Shown piece after piece: positions 58,079 to 64,000 of a DNA stretch of 64,000 nt. Source of the DNA: Octopus vulgaris (lineage: Eukaryota); assembly GCA_951406725.2 (NCBI GenBank), contig OX597825.1:56978001-57042000 (forward strand). Direction: 5' to 3'. The notes beneath the pieces are model-generated. The model saw nothing but the letters and a program-made list of their open reading frames with translations, made no database searches and was not told where the DNA came from. The first letter of the stretch is position 1. Every line of letters starts with the position of its first letter. The translations under genes were made by a program, and so were the position numbers.

Positions 58079-58923
58079 TTAGCAATTAAGGACAACTACT
58101 TAATAAGGAAAACTTAACAAGAAATTGTCAGGTAGATAGCGTGAAAGACCTCATAAGAGAAAAAATTTCGAAAATAATTATTTCTTATTGAACATATTAA
58201 TTTATATATAGAGGGCATTATACATACATGCCAGAGGGCATTATACATACATGCCACACGCTAAGAGGGACAATTAGTCATTTCTACCAAAAATTTTACT
58301 AATCCCACCGAATGCAATTTTTCAAAGTAAGACATTAAAAAAAATATAGACCTGTATCACAGTGATTTCATACTTACGTATTCATCAGCAGGCCTGGACG
58401 TATCATAAATAAACGACCCTGCCTCGCTTAAGCCGATCAGCTAACTGATCAACATCAACGAAACACATGGGTGAGTTTACATATATTACATCCGGTAAAT
58501 GGCAGACTTTTACGAATTGCATTTCGGGAAAGGAAAAGTTTTTTCGGAATAAAAATTTAGCAATTAAGGACAACTACTTAATAAGGAAAACTTAACAAGA
58601 AATTGTCAGGTAGATAGCGTGAAAGACCTCATAAGAGAAAAAATTTCGAAAATAATTATTTCTTATTGAACATATTAATTTATATATAGAGGGCATTATA
58701 CATACATGCCAGAGGGCATTATACATACATGCCACACGCTAAGAGGGACAATTAGTCATTTCTACCAAAAATTTTACTAATTTTACTAATTTTACTTTGA
58801 AAAATTGCATTCGGTGGGATTAGTAAAATTTTTGGTAGAAATGACTAATTGTCCCTCTTAGCGTGTGGCATGTATGTATAATGCCCTCTGGCATGTATGT
58901 ATAATGCCCTCTATATATAAATT
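58071..58923 (-). mobile_element. Non-autonomous Penelope-like/retrozyme element: 478-bp unit, partial tandem copy and inverted copy
   Basis: 58071-58303 repeated identically at 58549-58781; 58792-58923 is the reverse complement of 58199-58330; contains a hammerhead; (TA)n on both sides. Confidence 0.75.
58348..58395 (-). ncRNA. Minimal type I hammerhead ribozyme (intact core)
   Basis: AGGCCUG-CUGAUGA-AUAC-GUAA-GUAU-GAAA-UCACUGUGA-UA-CAGGUCU: 7-bp stem I, 4-bp stem II with GNRA loop, quasi-palindromic stem III, AUA cleavage triplet. Confidence 0.88.
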
Positions 58924-59879
58924 TATATATATATATATATATATATTACAGTAAAGACCCCCTCTGGTCATGAATGTTCATGGGGACTGCATCTAGAAAG
59001 TTACCCTCCGAGGCACAAGTCCATGCAAGGTTTTTTATGGAAGACCAGTAGTCACCCATGCATATCAGCCTTTTCTCTGCATGCCACTAATGTTATCCAA
59101 GAGAAAGGCAAAGGCCAATACAGCTTGCTTCCAGTGACATCACAACTCATTTCTATAGCTGAGTGAACTAGAGTAATGTGAAAGGAAGTGTCTTGCTCAA
59201 GAACACAGCACAGTCCAGGAATCAAACTCACTGCCTCATGATTGTGAGCCCAATGCTCTAACCACTAAACCAGGTGCCTATAAATATATATATTTGCTGT
59301 GCTTGAGACGACACATCAAGCTAAGTAAAGCAAAATTGTGGCTGTCTATACATACAAGCATGTCTTTTGCATCCTATCCCTCTCTCAACCAAGAGATTCT
59401 AGTCTTGTGGGCTCGTGGGTACTGTCACCAACATAAAAGCATAGGTGCATGTGCCATGTATAAGCACCTGTGCCAGTGTCACATAAAAGTGCCCATACCA
59501 CATAAAAGCACCCAGTACACTCTTTATAATGGTTAGGAACAGTATCCAGCCATGGAAAACATGCCAAAATAGACAAATGGAGCCAGGGCAGCTCTCCAGC
59601 TGACCAACTCCTGTCAAACTGTCCAACCCATACCATTATGGAGAAGAGATATTAAAAGATGAGATGACAATATATATATATAAATAAACAATAATAAATC
59701 TCTGAGTGAGGTATAAACAGTAGCTGCAAGACATCGTGAAGTATATTAACCCTTAAGGGTTAGCCACATTTAAGTGGCAAATATACTTCATGATATATAT
59801 AAATATATATGAATAAATAAATATATACATATGTGTGTGTATGTATATATATATATATAAAGATTAAAGTAGTGAGGAA

Positions 59880-60091
59880 AGGCAAACAATTAGTCATGGC
59901 AGGACTAGGGTATTTGATTTCATTTAATTCAATCTAAAAATTTAGCTATATGACAAATGGTAAAAATGGTACAAAACTAGTAAAGATAGTATCTTTTTGT
60001 ACCATTTCTACCATTTGTCACGTAGCTAAATATTGAGATTGAATTAAATGAAATCAAATGCCCTAGTCTGGCTTTTACTAATTGTTTGCCT
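59880..60091. repeat. About 210-bp near-palindrome
   Basis: aggcaaacaattagt...ggtacaaaa / ttttgtacc...actaattgtttgcct with a short spacer. Confidence 0.85.
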
Positions 60092-60526
60092 GACTGACTC
60101 AAAGGGAAGCTACCATTAGCCATTTTTTGAACAAGACATTCATACAACCACAACTTCAACCACTGTTCTGACTGGAATTTTGATGGCACCTATTTGAGCA
60201 CTCAAAATGCATACCTATTATTTTGAGACACCTTAACCTAAACTCCTCTTATCTTCTCTGTGTGTGTGTGTGTGTGTGCGTGTGTAGTTCAGATTTACTG
60301 AAAACAAAATATGAAAACAGGTGAAAAAACAAGCAGATCCATTAGTTTTACACTAATATCATCATCATCGTTTGACGTCTGTTTTCCATGCTGGCATGTG
60401 TTGGATGGTTTGCCTGGCGCAGCCTACTAGTTTGCCAGTCCCCAATCTGATCTGGCAAGATTTCTACAGCTGGATGCCCTTCCTAATGCCAACCACTCCA
60501 AGAGTGTAGTGGGTGCTTTTTACATG

Positions 60527-60571
<45 letters not shown>

Positions 60572-63338
60572 TATATATAAATATATATATTTATATCTAT
60601 TTATATTTATTTATTTTTATTTTGGCATTAGGAAGGGCATCCAGCAGTAGAAACTCTGCCAAATCAAGATTGGAGCCTGGTGCAGCCATCTGGTTTGCCG
60701 GCCCTCAGTCAAAATCGTCCAACCCATGGTAGCATGGAAAGCAGACATTAAACGATGATGATGATGATGATCCACAAGTTTTTTTTTATTTTCTCTCTGT
60801 TTACTTTTTCTTATTCTTTTCTGCTGAAGAACATAAGCTCAAAACATAAAAGATTTTTTCACTTTTCTGAGCATCAAATACACCTGCTTGTTGTTCATAC
60901 ACCTGTCTTCATCTTTTGTTTTTCTATAAATTTCAACTATGTACATAGATATATATTTATGTAAGTGTGCCTGTGTTACTGTCTCCTTGCCTTGCCTTTA
61001 CATGACTATTGCAAACAAATCACCATTATGCAAGCAGTGTCCTTTGTTTCCAATCTTCCATGGAGACATGTCAAGTCATGTAGAAATATTAGCTTACTCG
61101 GAAACAAGGACATCTGGCCGTAAAAAAAATCCACCTCAACAAATTCAATCTGACCCATTGAACCATGGAAAAGTGGATGGCAAACAATGATGATGATGAT
61201 GAAATTTTATTAATTCTGTTTTCTTTTACATGTTTCTGTCAATCGATTGTGGCCATGCTGGGGCACTTATTCTATCAGTCTCTTTTGCTAAACTGCTAGG
61301 CTGCAGCAACAACACCAGTTGCCAAGCTGTGACAAGACAAAGACACACACAGATTCACACACATACACACATTCACATAGAAACACGTACAGCAGGCTTC
61401 TACACAGTTTCCATCACTTACAATTCACTCATATGGCATTGGTCAGCCCAAGGCTATAGCAAAAGACACTTGTTGAAGGAGGCAAAGAGTGGGAGAGAAA
61501 CTGGAACTACATGGTTCAGAAGTGAACATCTAAACCACACAGTCACGCCTGCACCCTATATTGTTTGTTCTGCTGTTTCAGATCATTATTAGTTTTCTAG
61601 AATTCTAAGGATTTTCTTTCCGTTACATATTTTTAGTTCAGGCTTACAAATAAATTTTCTGACAACTCCAAAAGTTGGAAAAGGAACAGACTAACACCAG
61701 AGACCACACATCTTGAAATATAATAATACCTTCCTTCAATGTAGAGACAATATTAAATAACTATCATAATTTTTTCTAGAAATTGTGTGTAATTATTACA
61801 CTGAGCAACACAATTTTTGTCCTTGGGCAGGAACTGTTATTTCCTATTTGCTTATCCCCAACAAAGTATGAAAAATGGCTAATATTTCCTTCAAACTTTG
61901 CTTTTGTTACATTCATTCAAACCCCAAAGAATCCCTAACACATGGCTATGATGCTCTCCCACTACTCCTACACATGATCAGAGATGCACAGTTTGTCAGT
62001 TGCTAAGATATATGCTCAAGATATTGTCAGCCACTAAAAGACATGCTCAAGTGGTTAAGGTCAAGCAACTGACAAGCAAATCTGTGGTATTGAGCAGAAT
62101 ATTTGCTATACTGATAGTTCTGCTTCAGCAACTCAGTGCTGAATCAGTCTAAAATGTAATGGAAAATAGGACAGTTTCAAAACATTGATGTCCAGGTCAC
62201 AAAAGCAAAATTTGAAGAGAATAGTAGTGATTTGCTTTGCTTTCTAGATAGAAGCAAATAGGAAATAACACTTACTGACCAAAGACAAAAAAAAATGAAA
62301 AATTTTGTTAGTCTAGCTGAGAACAGGGGAAGACAACTGTACTATTTTAGTTATCAAACTTGACTTTTTGGTTCATGTGACCTTTGATGCATATCAAAAT
62401 GTACATAAATTTTAAATCAAACACATCAATGTCACGGATCTAGGAATGGAGAAAAGCTGTACTCTTAGAGTTCTAGCCACTGCCTACCTATACCCCATTT
62501 GATGTAACAATTAGAGAAATAAATAACAACTATATTCAATGTCCAACATATTCACATTCTGTCATGAAGAATGAAGAAATATTCTACCCAATATAATGAG
62601 AGCAAAATACTTAATGGTTAAATGCAAAAAAATATTTCCCTCTATATATCAGTATTTGAATATATTGAAGGTAGCAGGCTGGTAGAATCGTTAGCATGCC
62701 AGGTAAAATGCTTAGCAATATTTCATCCTTCCTTACATTCTGAGTTTTAATTCTGACATGGTCAACTTTGCCTTTCATCCTTTTGGAGTTGACGAAATGA
62801 GTACCAGTTGAGCACTGGGGTCAATGTAATCGACTTAACCCCCACCCCGAACATGCTGGCCTTGTGCCAAAATTTGAAACCAATATTTGAATATATTTTG
62901 TACCATTAACACCAACAGCCATCAATACTAACTACTACAGCCACAAACATTAACTGCTAAACCCACAATACTAACTACTATAACCACCAACACTAACTAC
63001 AATATAGCCACCAATACTAATTACTATAAGCATCAATACTTATTAGCATAACCACTAATACTTATTATTATAGCTGAAAATACTAACAACCAACAATCCT
63101 CTTCATCAGTGTGCATGTTCTAACAAGGTCTTGGAGTTGTTTACAGTTTATCTATTTTTTTATCTATTTTAACATTTCAAAATACTTATTTCAAATCAGA
63201 ATTCATTGAAGTGAAATAACTGAATAAATTGTGTTTTCTCCAACTTTAAATATGAAGTGGTGGTTTTTATTACCTTCCCTTATACTTCAACACTGAAACA
63301 AGAATTCTCAAATTAAATTTAGATGTAACTATAATTAC

Positions 63339-63408
63339 CATTATTTGACGTTGATTCTGAACAAATCTTTTTCTTCGGTTTTTGCTTCTTTAAAAGTTTC
63401 CAGTGTTT
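63339..63408 (-). CDS. Coding exon (first visible, internal) of an unidentified multi-exon gene: KHWKLLKKQKPKKKICSESTSNN+G
   Basis: Acceptor tttcctttctatag|AAA and donor G|gtaatt; 70 nt, open, ends in phase 1, matching the phase-1 start of exon 55402-55332. Confidence 0.6.
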
Positions 63409-63656
63409 CTATAGAAAGGAAATGTAAATATATAAATCAGTTGCCAGTACCGCCTGACTGGCCCCCTGTGCCAGTGGCACGTAAAAAGCACCCACTACAC
63501 TCTCAGAGTGGTTGGCGTTAGGAAGGGCATCCAGCTGTAGAAACTCTGCCAAATCAAGATTGGAGCCTGGTGCAACCATCTGGTTCACCAGCTCTCAGTC
63601 AAAATCGTCCAACCCATGCTAGCATGGAAAGCGGACATTAACGATGATGATGATGA

Positions 63657-63696
<40 letters not shown>

Positions 63697-63703
63697 CTTT
63701 TTA

Positions 63704-64000
63704 GTCATGTGACACATATGGATGAGGACAGCTGCATAAAGAAGTGCAAAGCTCTAACTGTGGAGGGTACCTGTGGAAGGAGTAGACCAGGTAGATGTGG
63801 GACAAAGTGGTGAGAAAGGATCTTCAGACACTGGACCACACTGAGGAAATGACAAGGGACCAGGAGATGTGACAATTTGCTGTACTTGATAAGATACATC
63901 AAGCTAGGTAAAACTGCTGTCTTTCACATGTACAGGCTTATCCTTTCAGGTGTGAGTGCCACTTAAAAAGTACCTGTGCTGGTACTGCTTAAACGTGCCC
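63704..64000 (+). mobile_element. Old RTE LINE fragment
   Basis: Degenerate HVT.MDEDSCIKKC..LTVEGTCGRSRP motif. Confidence 0.7.

Overview
AT-rich, repeat-saturated eukaryotic DNA. The SINE, RTE and microsatellite signature suggests an octopus (coleoid cephalopod); this is an inference, not a database result. Almost all ORF-track entries are microsatellite or TE artefacts. Real content: (1) the 3' part of one spliced minus-strand gene (5 phase-compatible exons, 63408->41526, about 198 aa of a Lys-rich C-terminus, unidentified); (2) many tRNA-derived SINEs, RTE/CR1/R4-type LINE fragments, a decayed Tc1 transposon, several MITEs and a probable non-autonomous Helitron; (3) two Pol III RNA/retroelement chimeras, a near full-length U6 snRNA fused to a CR1-type tail and a 5S rRNA fused to an RTE tail; (4) several unrelated minimal type I hammerhead ribozymes with palindromic stem III. 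The best hammerhead is intact (58348-58395, minus). It lies in a young 478-bp tandem plus inverted Penelope/retrozyme-like element, in sense orientation within an intron of the gene. Coordinates were read by eye; repeat boundaries are approximate.
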